DNA from: a candidate division WOR-1 bacterium RIFOXYB2_FULL_46_45
GTDB lineage: Bacteria; Margulisbacteria; WOR-1; XYC2-FULL-46-14
DNA length: 64,000 nt
Direction of reading: 5' to 3'
Assembly: GCA_001771585.1 (NCBI GenBank)
Contig: MEUE01000001.1
Coordinates: 476,744-540,743 of the forward strand
This document shows positions 1-10,335 of the stretch, in pieces. Within the stretch, counting starts at the first letter, position 1. Every line of letters begins with the position of its first letter. A program made the position numbers and the translations under genes. The notes beneath the pieces were generated by a model. The model was not told the DNA's origin and ran no database searches. It saw nothing but the letters and a program-made list of their open reading frames with translations.

Positions 1-596
1 AGCAGCCGCCCAAAAATATCCTCGATCTCTCCAACCCCGTTAACTTCAATGAGTTTTTCGCGATCCTTATAAAAGTCTACCAGCGGTTTGGTATTCTCCA
101 CATAAACCTCATAGCGGCTTCTGATCACATCTTCTTTATCGTCTTCTCTCTGGTAGAGCTCTCCGCCGCATTTGTCACAGGTCCCCGGCCGGCTGTAGAC
201 CGTCCGGCAGGCGCGGCAGCTGAAACGCTTTGAATTGCGCCTCACCACTTCGTCAAGCGGAATATCAAAATAAACGACGCTGTATTCCATATCTTCCAAA
301 ACTTCATCCAGCGCTTCGGCCTGCGCTTTTGAACGCGGGAACCCGTCCAAAATAAATCCGTTTTCGCAATCGACATTGCTCAACCGTTCTTTGACCAGGT
401 CGATCGTCAGCTGGTCCGGAACCAGCTTCCCCTGGTTCATATACTGTTCGGCCTTTCTTCCCAACTCACTTTGCGCGGCGATCGCGTCCCGCAGCATATC
501 GCCAACCGCGATATGCGGAAGCTCAAGCTTGTCCGCCAGCTTGACCGCCTGCGTCCCTTTTCCGGAACCCGGTGGACCCATTAAAATTACTATCAT
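1..596 (-). CDS. adk: adenylate kinase, C-terminus runs off the window start (partial)
   Basis: Minus-strand translation from the ATG at 596 reads [16 protein letters not shown] (P-loop). It has a zinc lid (CRAC..CDKCGG). The ATG overlaps the secY stop as ATGA. Confidence 0.85.
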   Translation of the reverse strand, partial: MIVILMGPPGSGKGTQAVKLADKLELPHIAVGDMLRDAIAAQSELGRKAEQYMNQGKLVPDQLTIDLVKERLSNVDCENGFILDGFPRSKAQAEALDEVLEDMEYSVVYFDIPLDEVVRRNSKRFSCRACRTVYSRPGTCDKCGGELYQREDDKEDVIRSRYEVYVENTKPLVDFYKDREKLIEVNGVGEIEDIFGRL

Positions 597-1855
597 GCCA
601 ACAACCCCTCGTATTGCCTGGTAACCAGATGCGTTTCGACCTGTCTTACTAAATCAAGGGCCACTCCAACCACGATTAAAAGCGCGGTTGAACCGAGCCC
701 CTGGAAACTGGTGATTTTGGTAACTCCTTCCACAATCGTCGGTATAAGGGCGATCGTCGCCAAAAAGAGCGCCCCGACAAAAGTCAGCCGGCTGATCGTA
801 AAATCAAGAAAGTCGGCGGTCGGTTTTCCCGGCCGGATGCCTAGGATAAAACCGCCGTATTTTTTGATGTTGTTGGCCAGCTCGGTCGGATTAAAAGTTA
901 TAGCCGTATAAAAATAGGTGAAAAAGAAAATCAGGGCAAAATAAAGGACCATATAAAACCAGCCCCCCGGCGCCAGAAAATCGGAAATCGCTTTCATAAA
1001 CGGGAGCGGGACAAACTGCGCTATCGTCGCCGGAAAAAGCAGGACCGAAGAGGCAAAGATGATCGGGATGACCCCCCCCTGATTGATCTTTAACGGAATA
1101 AAAGTGTTCCCCCCACCCAGCATCTTGCGCCCCACCACCCGCTTGGCATACTGGACCGGTATTTTTCTCTGGCCTTCCTGTATAAAAACAATCGCCACAA
1201 TCAGGACGATAAAAGAGAGCAGGAGAAAAATAACGCCAATCAGACTGGCTCCTCCCACCACCAAGGTATAGGTATTGGCAATGTAGCTGGGAAGCCTCGC
1301 TATGATTCCGACAAAGATCAGCATGGAGGCGCCGTTTCCCAAGCCCCGTTCCGTGATCAATTCACCAATCCACATAACCAGGGTTGAACCGGCGGTCAAA
1401 GAGACGACCGTCAAAAAAACAAAGAGCGGAAAATTGATCCCCGGCTGTACCACTCCTCTCATCCAAAAGGCCATCCCAAACGATTGGAAGGCGGCCAGAC
1501 AAATTGAAAGATAACGGGTGTATTGCGAAATCTGTTTTCTGCCCGCTTCTCCCTCTTTGGAAAGCTGTTCCAGAGTTGGGATCACAATCGTCAAAAGTTG
1601 CATAATAATCGACGCGTTGATGTAGGGAACGATTCCCATCGCGAAGACCGAAAAGCGCATCAGCGCACCGCCGGTGAACATATCCAGAAAACCGACCAGG
1701 CTCCCTTTGGAGAAGAGCGCCGCCAATTTAGAGGCGTCAACTCCCGGAACCGGAACATGGGCACCAAACCGGAAGACCAAAATCATAGCAACGGTAAACA
1801 AGATTTTTTTCTTTAGGTCCGGTATGGTAAAAAATGCCCTGAAAACATTTAACAT
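593..1855 (-). CDS. secY: preprotein translocase SecY
   Basis: 420-aa multi-TM protein in the canonical position after rplO in the spc operon. Confidence 0.9.
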   Translation of the reverse strand: MLNVFRAFFTIPDLKKKILFTVAMILVFRFGAHVPVPGVDASKLAALFSKGSLVGFLDMFTGGALMRFSVFAMGIVPYINASIIMQLLTIVIPTLEQLSKEGEAGRKQISQYTRYLSICLAAFQSFGMAFWMRGVVQPGINFPLFVFLTVVSLTAGSTLVMWIGELITERGLGNGASMLIFVGIIARLPSYIANTYTLVVGGASLIGVIFLLLSFIVLIVAIVFIQEGQRKIPVQYAKRVVGRKMLGGGNTFIPLKINQGGVIPIIFASSVLLFPATIAQFVPLPFMKAISDFLAPGGWFYMVLYFALIFFFTYFYTAITFNPTELANNIKKYGGFILGIRPGKPTADFLDFTISRLTFVGALFLATIALIPTIVEGVTKITSFQGLGSTALLIVVGVALDLVRQVETHLVTRQYEGLLA

Positions 1856-2256
1856 TTAACGATTGATCCTCCCGCTTTTTCAATCTTTGTGACGGCGGAC
1901 TTGCTGAAAGCGGCCGCCGAAACTTTGAGCGCCTTTTTAATCTCGCCGCTCCCCAAAATCTTTACCGGCTTTTCAAATTTTGAAAAGTCGGCCTCTTTTT
2001 CGTACTTATTTAATTCTTCGAGGTTGATCGGCAAATATTCGGTCTTGAATAAAAGGTTTTTAAACCCGCGTTTTTTGGGAAGCCGGCGATAAAGCGGGGT
2101 CTGCCCCCCTTCAAAACGGCGCCCCTTGGTTCCGCCGGAACGGCTGGTCTGCCCCTTGTGTCCGCGGCAGCAAGTTTTTCCGTGGCCGGAACCGGTCCCG
2201 CGCCCAACCCTCTTTTTGTATTTTCTCTTGTTTTTTAGGTTGGAAAGATTATACAT
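1849..2256 (-). CDS. rplO: 50S ribosomal protein L15
   Basis: The [14 protein letters not shown] motif. I chose the internal ATG at 2256 (MYNLSNLK..), which has a GGAG RBS. The ORF track extends to 2310. Confidence 0.8.
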   Translation of the reverse strand: MYNLSNLKNKRKYKKRVGRGTGSGHGKTCCRGHKGQTSRSGGTKGRRFEGGQTPLYRRLPKKRGFKNLLFKTEYLPINLEELNKYEKEADFSKFEKPVKILGSGEIKKALKVSAAAFSKSAVTKIEKAGGSIVKC

Positions 2257-2785
2257 TAACTTTCTCCTGCATATATTTAATGTGCATCTTTTTTCCGCGC
2301 AGCGCTTCAATGTGTTCCTGCTCCCTCAAATTGAGGAGCGCGCTAATCGTCGCGCGGGCAACGTTGACCGCGTTGCTGGATCCGATTGATTTTGCCACCG
2401 CGTCGCGGACCCCCGCTAATTCTAAAACGACTCTGACGGAGCCGCCGGCAATAACACCGGTTCCGGTCGCCGCCGGACGGATGACAACCGAACTGGCTCC
2501 CAGTTTTCCCCTGGTTTCATGGGGAATCGTCCCGCCGATCATCGGTATCGTTATTAATTCTTTCTTCGCCGCGTCCATCGCTTTGCGGATCGCGGAAACT
2601 ACTTCGGAGGCTTTGCCCAGCCCCATCCCGACTCTTCCCTTCTTGTCGCCAATAACGGTTAGAACGCGAAAACCGAGCCGTTTCCCTCCGGAGACTACTT
2701 TGGTGACGCGTCGAACCTGCACCACCCGTTCTTCAAATTCTTTTGGTTCCTGGGAACGATTGTCCCTGCGCATATCTCTTCTCAT
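2249..2785 (-). CDS. rpsE: 30S ribosomal protein S5
   Basis: The S5 dsRBD/C-domain motifs ([10 protein letters not shown]). It directly abuts rplO, with no L30 gene between them. Confidence 0.85.
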   Translation of the reverse strand: MRRDMRRDNRSQEPKEFEERVVQVRRVTKVVSGGKRLGFRVLTVIGDKKGRVGMGLGKASEVVSAIRKAMDAAKKELITIPMIGGTIPHETRGKLGASSVVIRPAATGTGVIAGGSVRVVLELAGVRDAVAKSIGSSNAVNVARATISALLNLREQEHIEALRGKKMHIKYMQEKVNV

Positions 2786-2787
2786 GG

Positions 2788-3108
2788 CTAAAAATCCAGT
2801 CCTCCTTTGCGGGCGGCATCGGCCAGCGCCTTGAGCCTCCCGTGGTACAAAAATTCTCCCTTATCAAAAACAACTTTTTTTACACCGGCTTTTATCGCGG
2901 CTTGAGCGAGCGCTTCTCCAACCTTTTGGGCCGCCGCTATATTTGAGCCTTTTTCAAGCTTCAGGCTTGAAGCCGAAGCAAGGGTCTTGCCGGAAAAATC
3001 TTCGACAACCTGCGCGAAAATATTGTTGTTGGAACGGTATACCGAAAGCCGCGGACGCTCCGTTGTTCCGATAATTTTTCTTTTTTTCTTAATTATCCTT
3101 CTCTTCAT
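2788..3108 (-). CDS. rplR: 50S ribosomal protein L18
   Basis: Operon position between rplF and rpsE. The 106-aa translation is L18-like. Confidence 0.85.
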   Translation of the reverse strand: MKRRIIKKKRKIIGTTERPRLSVYRSNNNIFAQVVEDFSGKTLASASSLKLEKGSNIAAAQKVGEALAQAAIKAGVKKVVFDKGEFLYHGRLKALADAARKGGLDF

Positions 3109-3111
3109 GGT

Positions 3112-3669
3112 TTATTTTGCCCCTCCGGCACTCTTGGCCGCCTTACCCGCTTTTCTTCTGACGTGTTCCCCATCATAAGAAACACCCTTTGCTTTATAGG
3201 GTTCAACCGGACGTGAATAACGGACATTCTGGGCCACCTGCCCAACCAATTGCTTGTCAATTCCGGAAACACTGATCTTGTTCTGCCCTTCGATCGAAAA
3301 ACTTATTCCCGCCGGCGGAACAAATTCGATCGGATGCGAATAGCCAAGCTGCATAACCAGTTTTTTGCCGTCCACCTGCGCGCGATAACCGACGCCGGAA
3401 AGAAGCAAAACTTTTTTAAACTCGACGGCAACACCCGTAATCATCCCTTTTAGCAGCGCCCGATACAAGCCGTGCTTGGCTCTAACCGGAGCCGATTCCT
3501 TGGTGCGTACCACGAACAGGGTCTTTTCTTTTAATTCAACCTTGATATTCGGATCGTCAATAACCCTTTCCAGGGTCCCTTTGGCTCCGGTAACGGTTAC
3601 CTTGTTCCCGTCTATTTTCACCTTTACTCCCGCCGGGACTTCAATTGGTTGTCTTCCTATTCTTGACAT
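3112..3669 (-). CDS. rplF: 50S ribosomal protein L6
   Basis: MSRIGRQPIEVPAGV.. is an L6 N-terminus. Operon position. Confidence 0.9.
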   Translation of the reverse strand: MSRIGRQPIEVPAGVKVKIDGNKVTVTGAKGTLERVIDDPNIKVELKEKTLFVVRTKESAPVRAKHGLYRALLKGMITGVAVEFKKVLLLSGVGYRAQVDGKKLVMQLGYSHPIEFVPPAGISFSIEGQNKISVSGIDKQLVGQVAQNVRYSRPVEPYKAKGVSYDGEHVRRKAGKAAKSAGGAK

Positions 3670-3682
3670 TGCTCTTTTTCTC

Positions 3683-4096
3683 CTACCAAATCTTAAGCAG
3701 GACTTCCCCGCCCAGCTTTTCGCGCCGGGCCGAAGAATCCGTCTTAAGTCCTTTTGACGTTGAAATCACATAAGCTCCAAAACCGCCCATCAAACGGTTT
3801 AATTCACCGACCTGCCGGTAGACACGACAACCCGGACGGCTCACCCTTTTAATATCGGTAATCGCCGAATACTTCGGCTTGCCATATTGATCAAGCCCGT
3901 ATTTTAACCTGATCCGCAGTTGTTTTTTATCCCCACGGACAATCTCTTCGCAATTATTGATAAAACCTTCTTCTTTCAAAAGATTGGCAATGGCAAGCTT
4001 TACCTTGGAAGCGGGAAGGTCAACAATCTCTTTCCTGCGTAAGATCCCCGCTTTTACTCGAACTATCAAATCAGCAATTGTGTCTGTAACAGTCAT
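3683..4096 (-). CDS. rpsH: 30S ribosomal protein S8
   Basis: TDTIADLIVRVKAG is an S8 N-terminus. Operon position. Confidence 0.9.
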   Translation of the reverse strand: MTVTDTIADLIVRVKAGILRRKEIVDLPASKVKLAIANLLKEEGFINNCEEIVRGDKKQLRIRLKYGLDQYGKPKYSAITDIKRVSRPGCRVYRQVGELNRLMGGFGAYVISTSKGLKTDSSARREKLGGEVLLKIW

Positions 4097-4114
4097 GGTC
4101 TCTCCTTTTTCATT

Positions 4115-4300
4115 TCACCAGCTCGCCTTTTTTACGCCGGGAAGCTGTCCTTTGTGAGCCAAGCCCCTAAAACACATTCTACAAAGTCCGAATCTTCTCA
4201 TATAGGCCCGAGCCCTCCCGCAGATTCCGCAACGGTTCTTTATCCTGACTTTAAACTTTGGTCCTTTTCTTTTTCTCTCCAGCCATGCTTTTTTTGCCAT
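4115..4300 (-). CDS. rpsN: 30S ribosomal protein S14, type Z (zinc-binding)
   Basis: 61 aa with a CGICGRA...CRMCFR zinc ribbon. Confidence 0.9.
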   Translation of the reverse strand: MAKKAWLERKRKGPKFKVRIKNRCGICGRARAYMRRFGLCRMCFRGLAHKGQLPGVKKASW

Positions 4301-4303
4301 ATT

Positions 4304-4855
4304 TTACATCCTTATAAAAGGGATTCCCAACCCTACGAGAACCGCCTGCGCCTCTTCGTTTGTTTTGGCGGTGGTAACGATTGTTATGTTCATCCCTCGG
4401 GCCTTGTCAACCTTATCATAATCAATCTCCGGAAAAATCAACTGATCGCGGATACCAAAAGAATAATTTCCGCGCCCGTCAAACGACTTCAGGTTTAGCC
4501 CTTTAAAATCGCGTACCCTAGGCAGACAGACATTGATCAGCTTGTTTAAGAACCGGTACATCCTGTCTCCGCGCAAAGTTACCATCCCGCCGATCGGATC
4601 GTTTTTTTTCAGTTTAAAATTGGCGATTGCCTTTTTGGCTATTTTCTTGACCGGCGCCTGTCCGGTGATCAGTTTTATTTCAAGAAGAGCGGTTTCGGTC
4701 GCTTTGGGATTGGTCGTCCCTTCCGAAACTCCGCAGGAGACAACCACTTTGACGATCCGCGGGATCGCCAGAGGATTTTTGGCTCCGAATTTTTCAAGAA
4801 GCGCCGGTATTATCTCTTTTTTGTATTTTTCTTTTAACGAAAAAACTTTGGACAT
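4304..4855 (-). CDS. rplE: 50S ribosomal protein L5
   Basis: Operon position and size (183 aa). Confidence 0.9.
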   Translation of the reverse strand: MSKVFSLKEKYKKEIIPALLEKFGAKNPLAIPRIVKVVVSCGVSEGTTNPKATETALLEIKLITGQAPVKKIAKKAIANFKLKKNDPIGGMVTLRGDRMYRFLNKLINVCLPRVRDFKGLNLKSFDGRGNYSFGIRDQLIFPEIDYDKVDKARGMNITIVTTAKTNEEAQAVLVGLGIPFIRM

Positions 4856-5151
4856 TATTTCTCCTTATCTACAACTTCTTTGCATTTCACGCAAACCCGT
4901 TTCCCGTCAACTTTTCCGGTCCGCGCCGGCTTGTGGCAGCGCGGGCAGACCAGCATCAACTTTGGGATCCTAAGAGCGTTCGGCCGTTCGATGATCCCCC
5001 CCTTAAAATTCTGGGTCGCCTTTTGGTGTTTCTTGATCATATTGACCCCTTCAACGACCGCGGTTCCTTTTTTTGGGAGTACCCTTAGTATCTTCCCTTT
5101 CTTCCCCTTGTCTTTTCCCGATAAAATAATTACCATATCGCCTTTTTTCAT
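4855..5151 (-). CDS. rplX: 50S ribosomal protein L24 with a C-terminal C4 zinc-ribbon tail
   Basis: The KOW motif ([18 protein letters not shown]) followed by CPRC..CVKC. Confidence 0.85.
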   Translation of the reverse strand: MKKGDMVIILSGKDKGKKGKILRVLPKKGTAVVEGVNMIKKHQKATQNFKGGIIERPNALRIPKLMLVCPRCHKPARTGKVDGKRVCVKCKEVVDKEK

Positions 5152-5519
5152 TATACAACCTCAGGAGCCAGGGAAATAATTTTCATAAATTGCTGGTCAC
5201 GCAATTCCCTGGCGACCGGACCAAAAATACGGGTCCCGCGCGGATTGTTGTCTTTGTCGATAACTACCGCGGCATTTTCGTCAAAACAAACATAAGAACC
5301 GTCTTCTCTGCGAATTTTGTTTTTTACCCTCACCACCACAGCCCGTACTCTTTCGGCGTCTTTTATCGCGGCATGCGGTTTGGCCTTTTTAACCACTCCA
5401 ATTATAATCTTTCCGATTGAAGCATAGCGGCTGTAGGAATGCCCCAGTATCCGGATACAAAGAATCTCTTCCGCTCCGGAATTATCCGCTATTTTAAGCC
5501 TGGATTGGACCTGAATCAT
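5151..5519 (-). CDS. rplN: 50S ribosomal protein L14
   Basis: [16 protein letters not shown] is the L14 N-terminus. Confidence 0.9.
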   Translation of the reverse strand: MIQVQSRLKIADNSGAEEILCIRILGHSYSRYASIGKIIIGVVKKAKPHAAIKDAERVRAVVVRVKNKIRREDGSYVCFDENAAVVIDKDNNPRGTRIFGPVARELRDQQFMKIISLAPEVV

Positions 5520-5853
5520 CTTTTTTCTCCTCTTTTTTCTCCGTGGAAACCACTACCGGCTTCTTGTGCAACGGTCCGGGGCGTTTCCTCTCGATCACTT
5601 TTTCAAAACCGACTACCTGGTCGATCTTCCAACGTTTTTCGCGCGAGAGCGGACGGGTCTCCGAAATGATAACCACATCCCCAATTTTGCACTTATTTTC
5701 CGGATCGTGCGCTTTGAAACGCTTATAACTTTTTAGGGTCTTTTGGAAGAGCGGATGGCGAAAAACCCGCTCAACCCTCACCACCGCGGTTTTGTTCATG
5801 CGGTCGCTGACCACAACCCCCTTCCTGGTCTTTACAATCGGTTTCTTTTCCAT
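5494..5853 (-). CDS. rpsQ: 30S ribosomal protein S17 with a K/E-rich C-terminal extension
   Basis: An S17 OB-fold N-terminus. It overlaps the rplN start by 26 nt. Confidence 0.85.
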   Translation of the reverse strand: MEKKPIVKTRKGVVVSDRMNKTAVVRVERVFRHPLFQKTLKSYKRFKAHDPENKCKIGDVVIISETRPLSREKRWKIDQVVGFEKVIERKRPGPLHKKPVVVSTEKKEEKKDDSGPIQA

Positions 5854-6041
5854 TAACTTTTCTCCCTTAATACGGTCAATATCCGGGCAATTTCCCGCTT
5901 AACCTGCCTCTTCTCCATCGGATTTTTTAATTCCCCCCTGGCTTTCCCAAAACGAAGTTCCCGCTGTTTCTTTCGGAGCTCTTCGATTTTTTTCTCCAGT
6001 TCTTTTTTATCGTGTTTTTTTAATTCCGATGCTTTGCTCAT
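5853..6041 (-). CDS. rpmC: 50S ribosomal protein L29
   Basis: 62-aa helical protein in the operon position. Confidence 0.85.
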   Translation of the reverse strand: MSKASELKKHDKKELEKKIEELRKKQRELRFGKARGELKNPMEKRQVKREIARILTVLREKS

Positions 6042-6445
6042 TTTCTCACCACTCTAACCGCGAAAGGAAGCTTAAATGCGGCCAAACGGAAAGCTTCCAC
6101 CGCCGCTTCGTAAGTTACTCCTGTAACTTCATATAAAATATGTCCCGGTTTTACCGGCAGGGCGTAGCCGATCGGCGCCCCTTTTCCTCCGCCCATGCGG
6201 GTCTCCGCGGCGCGGGCGGTAACCGGTTTATCAGCACAACCCCTTACCCAGACTTTTCCGCCCCGTTTCATGCAATGGGTCAGAGCTTTTCTTCCCGCTT
6301 CAATCTGGTTGGTCTTCAAATAGCCGATCTCCAAAATCTGCAGACCGAATTCTCCAAAGACCAAGGTGTTTCCACGGCTGGCCTTCCCGCGCAATCTCCT
6401 GCGCTGTGATTTCCTAAATTTTGTTTTCTTTGGTGTCAGTCCCAC
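6038..6445 (-). CDS. rplP: 50S ribosomal protein L16
   Basis: TKFRKSQRRRLRG is an L16 N-terminus. Confidence 0.9.
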   Translation of the reverse strand: MGLTPKKTKFRKSQRRRLRGKASRGNTLVFGEFGLQILEIGYLKTNQIEAGRKALTHCMKRGGKVWVRGCADKPVTARAAETRMGGGKGAPIGYALPVKPGHILYEVTGVTYEAAVEAFRLAAFKLPFAVRVVRK

Positions 6446-7088
6446 TTTTTATTACCTCTTTACCGGCTATCATATCTCCGGTATAAACCCAAACTTTGAT
6501 CCCGATAATTCCGTAGATCGTCTGCGCTTCGGCGGTTCCGTAATCGATCTTTGCCCTAAGGGTGTGCAAAGGAACGCGCCCCATCCGGTAACACTCTTTG
6601 CGCGCGATTTCGGCCCCGTCAAGCCGCCCGGCGCACCTGATCTTGACCCCTTTGGCATGCGCCCGTAAAACCTTTGAAACCGCCTGCTTCATCGTCCGGC
6701 GAAAAGAGATCCTTCTCTCCAGCTGTCCGGCCACCGATTCGGCCACCAGCTGGGCGTTGATCTCCGCGTTTTTCTCTTCATGGATATTGAGCTGAATCTG
6801 CTTCCCGATCTTTTTGATCAAAGCGTCGCGAACCACCGCGATATCCCGCCCGCCCCGCCCGATGATCAGCCCCGGCTTGGCGGTGTAAAGATCAACCGTG
6901 ATCTGGTTGGCTCGGCGCGAAAGTTTTATTTTTGAAACACCGGCCTTATAAAGATGCTCTTTGAGATATTTTCTGATCTCAACGTCTTCACTCAACAATT
7001 CGGCATAGTTGTGATTCGCGTACCAGTTTGTATCCCAGTCCTCGGTTATCCTGATCCTAAGCCCTCTTGGATTTATTTTTTGTCCCAT
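6414..7088 (-). CDS. rpsC: 30S ribosomal protein S3
   Basis: MGQKINPRGLRI is the S3 N-terminus, with a KH domain. Confidence 0.9.
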   Translation of the reverse strand: MGQKINPRGLRIRITEDWDTNWYANHNYAELLSEDVEIRKYLKEHLYKAGVSKIKLSRRANQITVDLYTAKPGLIIGRGGRDIAVVRDALIKKIGKQIQLNIHEEKNAEINAQLVAESVAGQLERRISFRRTMKQAVSKVLRAHAKGVKIRCAGRLDGAEIARKECYRMGRVPLHTLRAKIDYGTAEAQTIYGIIGIKVWVYTGDMIAGKEVIKSGTDTKENKI

Positions 7089-7418
7089 TTATTGTTTCTC
7101 CCTGACTTCTATCGTCACATGCGATAATCTTTTCTTAATCGGCGCACCCCGGCCGCGAGACTGCGCCCGAAAACGTTTAAGCATCCCGGCGGAATCCACA
7201 AAAATTTCGGCAACAATCAATTTGTGCGGATCCTGGCGCGAATTATTCTTAGCGTTGGCCACCGCCGATTTTACCAGCTTCTCCACAATCCTGGCTCCTT
7301 TTTGCGGTAAGGCCTTTAAAAGATAAAGAACCTCGTCGCAGTTTTTCCCGCGAACAACATTTACAATCTTCCGCAACTTGAGAGGCGAACTCCTTACGTA
7401 TTTAAATTTTGCTTTCAT
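7089..7418 (-). CDS. rplV: 50S ribosomal protein L22
   Basis: Operon position and size. Confidence 0.85.
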   Translation of the reverse strand: MKAKFKYVRSSPLKLRKIVNVVRGKNCDEVLYLLKALPQKGARIVEKLVKSAVANAKNNSRQDPHKLIVAEIFVDSAGMLKRFRAQSRGRGAPIKKRLSHVTIEVREKQ

Positions 7419-7423
7419 CTTTT

Positions 7424-7711
7424 TTATGCCGGCGCGGGAGCGGTTTTGTCCGTCATCACCCCGTGTCCTTTAAACAACCTGGTATGGGAAAATTCCCCCA
7501 GCTTGTGTCCGACCATGTTTTCGTTGATATAAACCGGTATGTGCTTCCGGCCGTTGTGGACCGCGATCGTAAACCCGACCATTTCCGGAATGATGGTTGA
7601 CCGGCGCGACCAGGTCTTGATTACCTGTTTCTTCCCGCTTTTTATCATCTTCTCAATTTTTTGGATCAGATGCGCGTCAACAAACGGTCCTTTTTTACGT
7701 GATCTTCCCAT
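7424..7711 (-). CDS. rpsS: 30S ribosomal protein S19
   Basis: The GHKLGEF motif. 95 aa. Confidence 0.9.
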   Translation of the reverse strand: MGRSRKKGPFVDAHLIQKIEKMIKSGKKQVIKTWSRRSTIIPEMVGFTIAVHNGRKHIPVYINENMVGHKLGEFSHTRLFKGHGVMTDKTAPAPA

Positions 7712-7712
7712 A

Positions 7713-8543
7713 TTAAACCGGTCTCCTTGATAAAATAAATCTGTCCGAAGGGCGTTTGCCTCTTCTGGTTTTGTACCCTAAAGTCGGCTTTCCCCACGGG
7801 GTCAAAGGTCCGGGATGTCCGATCGGAGCTCTTCCTTCTCCTCCGCCGTGCGGATGGTCGCAGGGGTTCATGACGGAACCGCGAACCTTGGGCCTCCTTC
7901 CGAGGAATCTGCTCATGCCGGCTTTTCCCAGCGAAATGTTTTGCGCGTCGGTATTTCCAACCTGGCCAATCGTAGCACGACATTCGAGGTTGAGCATCCT
8001 CTGTTCTCCCGAAGGCATCTTCACAATCGCATAGCCGCTCTCTTTGCCCAGCAGCATGATCCCCGCTCCGGCGCCGCGGGCAATCTGTCCGCCCTTCCCC
8101 GGCTTAAGCTCAACATTGTGAATGGTGGTCCCAACCGGGATCAACTTGATCGGGAGGCAATTGCCGACTTCTATCTCGGCATTTGCTCCGGACATAACTT
8201 CCGCATCAACCGCAAGTCCAAGCGGCGCCAAAATATATCTTCTCTCTTTGTCTTCGTATTCAAGCAGGGCAATTCGCGCGTTGCGGCACGGATCGTATTC
8301 AATTGCGATAACTTTTGCTTTCATATCGTCTTTATTTCTCTTAAAATCGATGATGCGGTACATCGTCTTGTTCCCGCCGCCGCGATGGCGCGCGGAAACC
8401 CAACCCCTGAAACCGCGGCCGCCGGTCTTTTTGAGCGGCGCAAGCAACGACTTTTCGGGAGTACTTTTTGTAATATCCGCGTGATCGTCTAGTATTCTGA
8501 ATCTTTGTCCGGGCGTCAACGGCCTTTTTCTTACTAATCCCAT
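7713..8543 (-). CDS. rplB: 50S ribosomal protein L2
   Basis: 276 aa with the ...HPHGGGEGR motif. Confidence 0.9.
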   Translation of the reverse strand: MGLVRKRPLTPGQRFRILDDHADITKSTPEKSLLAPLKKTGGRGFRGWVSARHRGGGNKTMYRIIDFKRNKDDMKAKVIAIEYDPCRNARIALLEYEDKERRYILAPLGLAVDAEVMSGANAEIEVGNCLPIKLIPVGTTIHNVELKPGKGGQIARGAGAGIMLLGKESGYAIVKMPSGEQRMLNLECRATIGQVGNTDAQNISLGKAGMSRFLGRRPKVRGSVMNPCDHPHGGGEGRAPIGHPGPLTPWGKPTLGYKTRRGKRPSDRFILSRRPV

Positions 8544-8544
8544 G

Positions 8545-8820
8545 TTATACCTTTAACTCCTCGATTACCGAACCCTCTTTCAGGGTAACGTAAGCTTTTT
8601 TATAGGAAGAGGTCTTGCCGACGCTCCTTCCGATCCTTCTTTCTTTTCCTCTAACCTTCAGGGTATTCACCTCGGCAACTTTTACCTTATAAATAGCTTC
8701 GATCGCTTTCTTGATTTCAATTTTTCCGGCGGAAATCGCGACCCTGAAAACATACTGGTTGACGGCGGCGGCTCCCAGCCCTTTTTCCGTTACGATCGGG
8801 GCAACAATGATATTTTTCAT
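8545..8820 (-). CDS. rplW: 50S ribosomal protein L23
   Basis: I chose the internal ATG at 8820 ([13 protein letters not shown]). It overlaps the rplD stop as ATGA. Confidence 0.8.
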   Translation of the reverse strand: MKNIIVAPIVTEKGLGAAAVNQYVFRVAISAGKIEIKKAIEAIYKVKVAEVNTLKVRGKERRIGRSVGKTSSYKKAYVTLKEGSVIEELKV

Positions 8821-9443
8821 AACAGGTTTTTCTCCAGTTCCAGTATTGCGCCTTTTTCCAAAACCAGGCACTCGCAATTTAAGAGATCAAAAATATTAAC
8901 GGCTTCCGGCTTAACGATTATAAGCCCGGGAATATTTCTTCCCGCCAGCTCGACATTTTTATTTTCGGAAGAGAGCACCATCAAGATTTTCTTTTCCGAC
9001 AAGCCGAGTTTTGAAAGCAACGCGACCATCTCTTTGGTCCTGGCTTTCATCAATTTAATCTCATCGACAACTTTGAGCATCCCGTTTTCCAAACGGTCGG
9101 AGACAACCGTCCGCAAGGCCGCTTTCTTCATCTTTTTGGGAAGGGCAAAAGAATAGTCCCTCGGTTTCGGCCCGAAAGTGACTCCGCCGCCGTTCCAGAG
9201 AGGAGAACGGATGCTTCCCGAACGGGCGCGTCCGGTCCCTTTCTGTTTCCACGGTTTTCTTCCTCCGCCGCGCACCTCTCCCCTGGTTTTGGTGGAGTGG
9301 GTCCCGGCCCTCAAGCCTCCCCTGAAGGCGCGCAGTGCCTGGTGGACCAAAGCTTCTTTATATTTTGCGGTAAAGAGCCGGTCGTCACCGTTGATCGTTC
9401 CGCCCTCTTTTCCGTCTTTGTTTATTACTTTAATTTCAACCAT
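8817..9443 (-). CDS. rplD: 50S ribosomal protein L4
   Basis: Operon position. 208 aa. Confidence 0.85.
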   Translation of the reverse strand: MVEIKVINKDGKEGGTINGDDRLFTAKYKEALVHQALRAFRGGLRAGTHSTKTRGEVRGGGRKPWKQKGTGRARSGSIRSPLWNGGGVTFGPKPRDYSFALPKKMKKAALRTVVSDRLENGMLKVVDEIKLMKARTKEMVALLSKLGLSEKKILMVLSSENKNVELAGRNIPGLIIVKPEAVNIFDLLNCECLVLEKGAILELEKNLL

Positions 9444-10020
9444 TCTTTTTTCCTTTGTTTAATACGACGATCGCGTTGTCGCAGCCCGGGACCGCCCCTT
9501 TGAGCAAAATCATATTTTTTTCCAAATCAATCTTGACTATCAAAACATTTTTCTGGCTGACCGCTTCGTTCCCCATTCTTCCGGCCATCCGCATCCCCTT
9601 CAACACTCTTCCGGGGGTGGTGCCGGCGCCGATTGAACCGGGCAGACGGTGGAACTTGGAGCCGTGAGCCATGTCGCCGCGATGAAAATGATGGCGCTTA
9701 ACCGTTCCCTGCGTCCCTTTTCCGATAGAGGTTCCGCTTACTTTAATCCTTTCCCCTTCGGCAAAAATATCGACTTTAAATTCCTGCCCCTTCACTATCC
9801 CTTCAACTTTGTCCGCTTTAAATTCTTTAAGATGGAGCGGCTTTTCTTTTTTCTTTTGTTTCATAAAGCCGATTTGGACCGCCCGATAGCCGTCTTTTTC
9901 CATTGTTTTAACCTGGTTAACAACACAAGGACCGGCTTCAATCACCGTTACCGGGATCAAACGTCCTTCCTTGTCGTAAACCTGGGTCATCCCTATTTTT
10001 CTTCCGATTAATCCGTTCAT
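9436..10020 (-). CDS. rplC: 50S ribosomal protein L3
   Basis: [13 protein letters not shown] is the L3 N-terminus. Confidence 0.9.
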   Translation of the reverse strand: MNGLIGRKIGMTQVYDKEGRLIPVTVIEAGPCVVNQVKTMEKDGYRAVQIGFMKQKKKEKPLHLKEFKADKVEGIVKGQEFKVDIFAEGERIKVSGTSIGKGTQGTVKRHHFHRGDMAHGSKFHRLPGSIGAGTTPGRVLKGMRMAGRMGNEAVSQKNVLIVKIDLEKNMILLKGAVPGCDNAIVVLNKGKKNG

Positions 10021-10331
10021 TTTAATTTTATCTCAATGTCGACACCGGCCGGCAGGTCAAGCTGCATCAGGGCGTCAACCGTCTCCTTTGGCGGATCCAG
10101 AATATCGATCAATCTTTTGTGCGTGCAAAGCTCAAAATGCTCGCGCGATTTTTTGTCGACGTGCGGCGAACGCAGCACGCAATGCACTTCTCGCGAGGTC
10201 GGCAAAGGAATCGGGCCGGTAACGTGCGCTCCCACTCTCTTTACCGTTTCGACAATTTTTACCGCGGACTGATCCAGTATCCGATGGTCAAAACTCTTAA
10301 GCCGTATTCTAATCTTTGATCTTTTTGTCAT
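10017..10331 (-). CDS. rpsJ: 30S ribosomal protein S10
   Basis: [14 protein letters not shown] is the S10 N-terminus. Confidence 0.9.
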   Translation of the reverse strand: MTKRSKIRIRLKSFDHRILDQSAVKIVETVKRVGAHVTGPIPLPTSREVHCVLRSPHVDKKSREHFELCTHKRLIDILDPPKETVDALMQLDLPAGVDIEIKLK

Positions 10332-10335
10332 TTAT

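Noticed and set aside
2280-2834. Long plus-strand ORFs antisense to ribosomal protein, fusA, rpoB and rpoC genes. Examples are 2280..2834, 7815..8492, 11779..12405 and 22139..22660.
   Set aside because: They lie entirely inside well-supported minus-strand genes. They have no RBS and low-complexity translations, so they are antisense artefacts.
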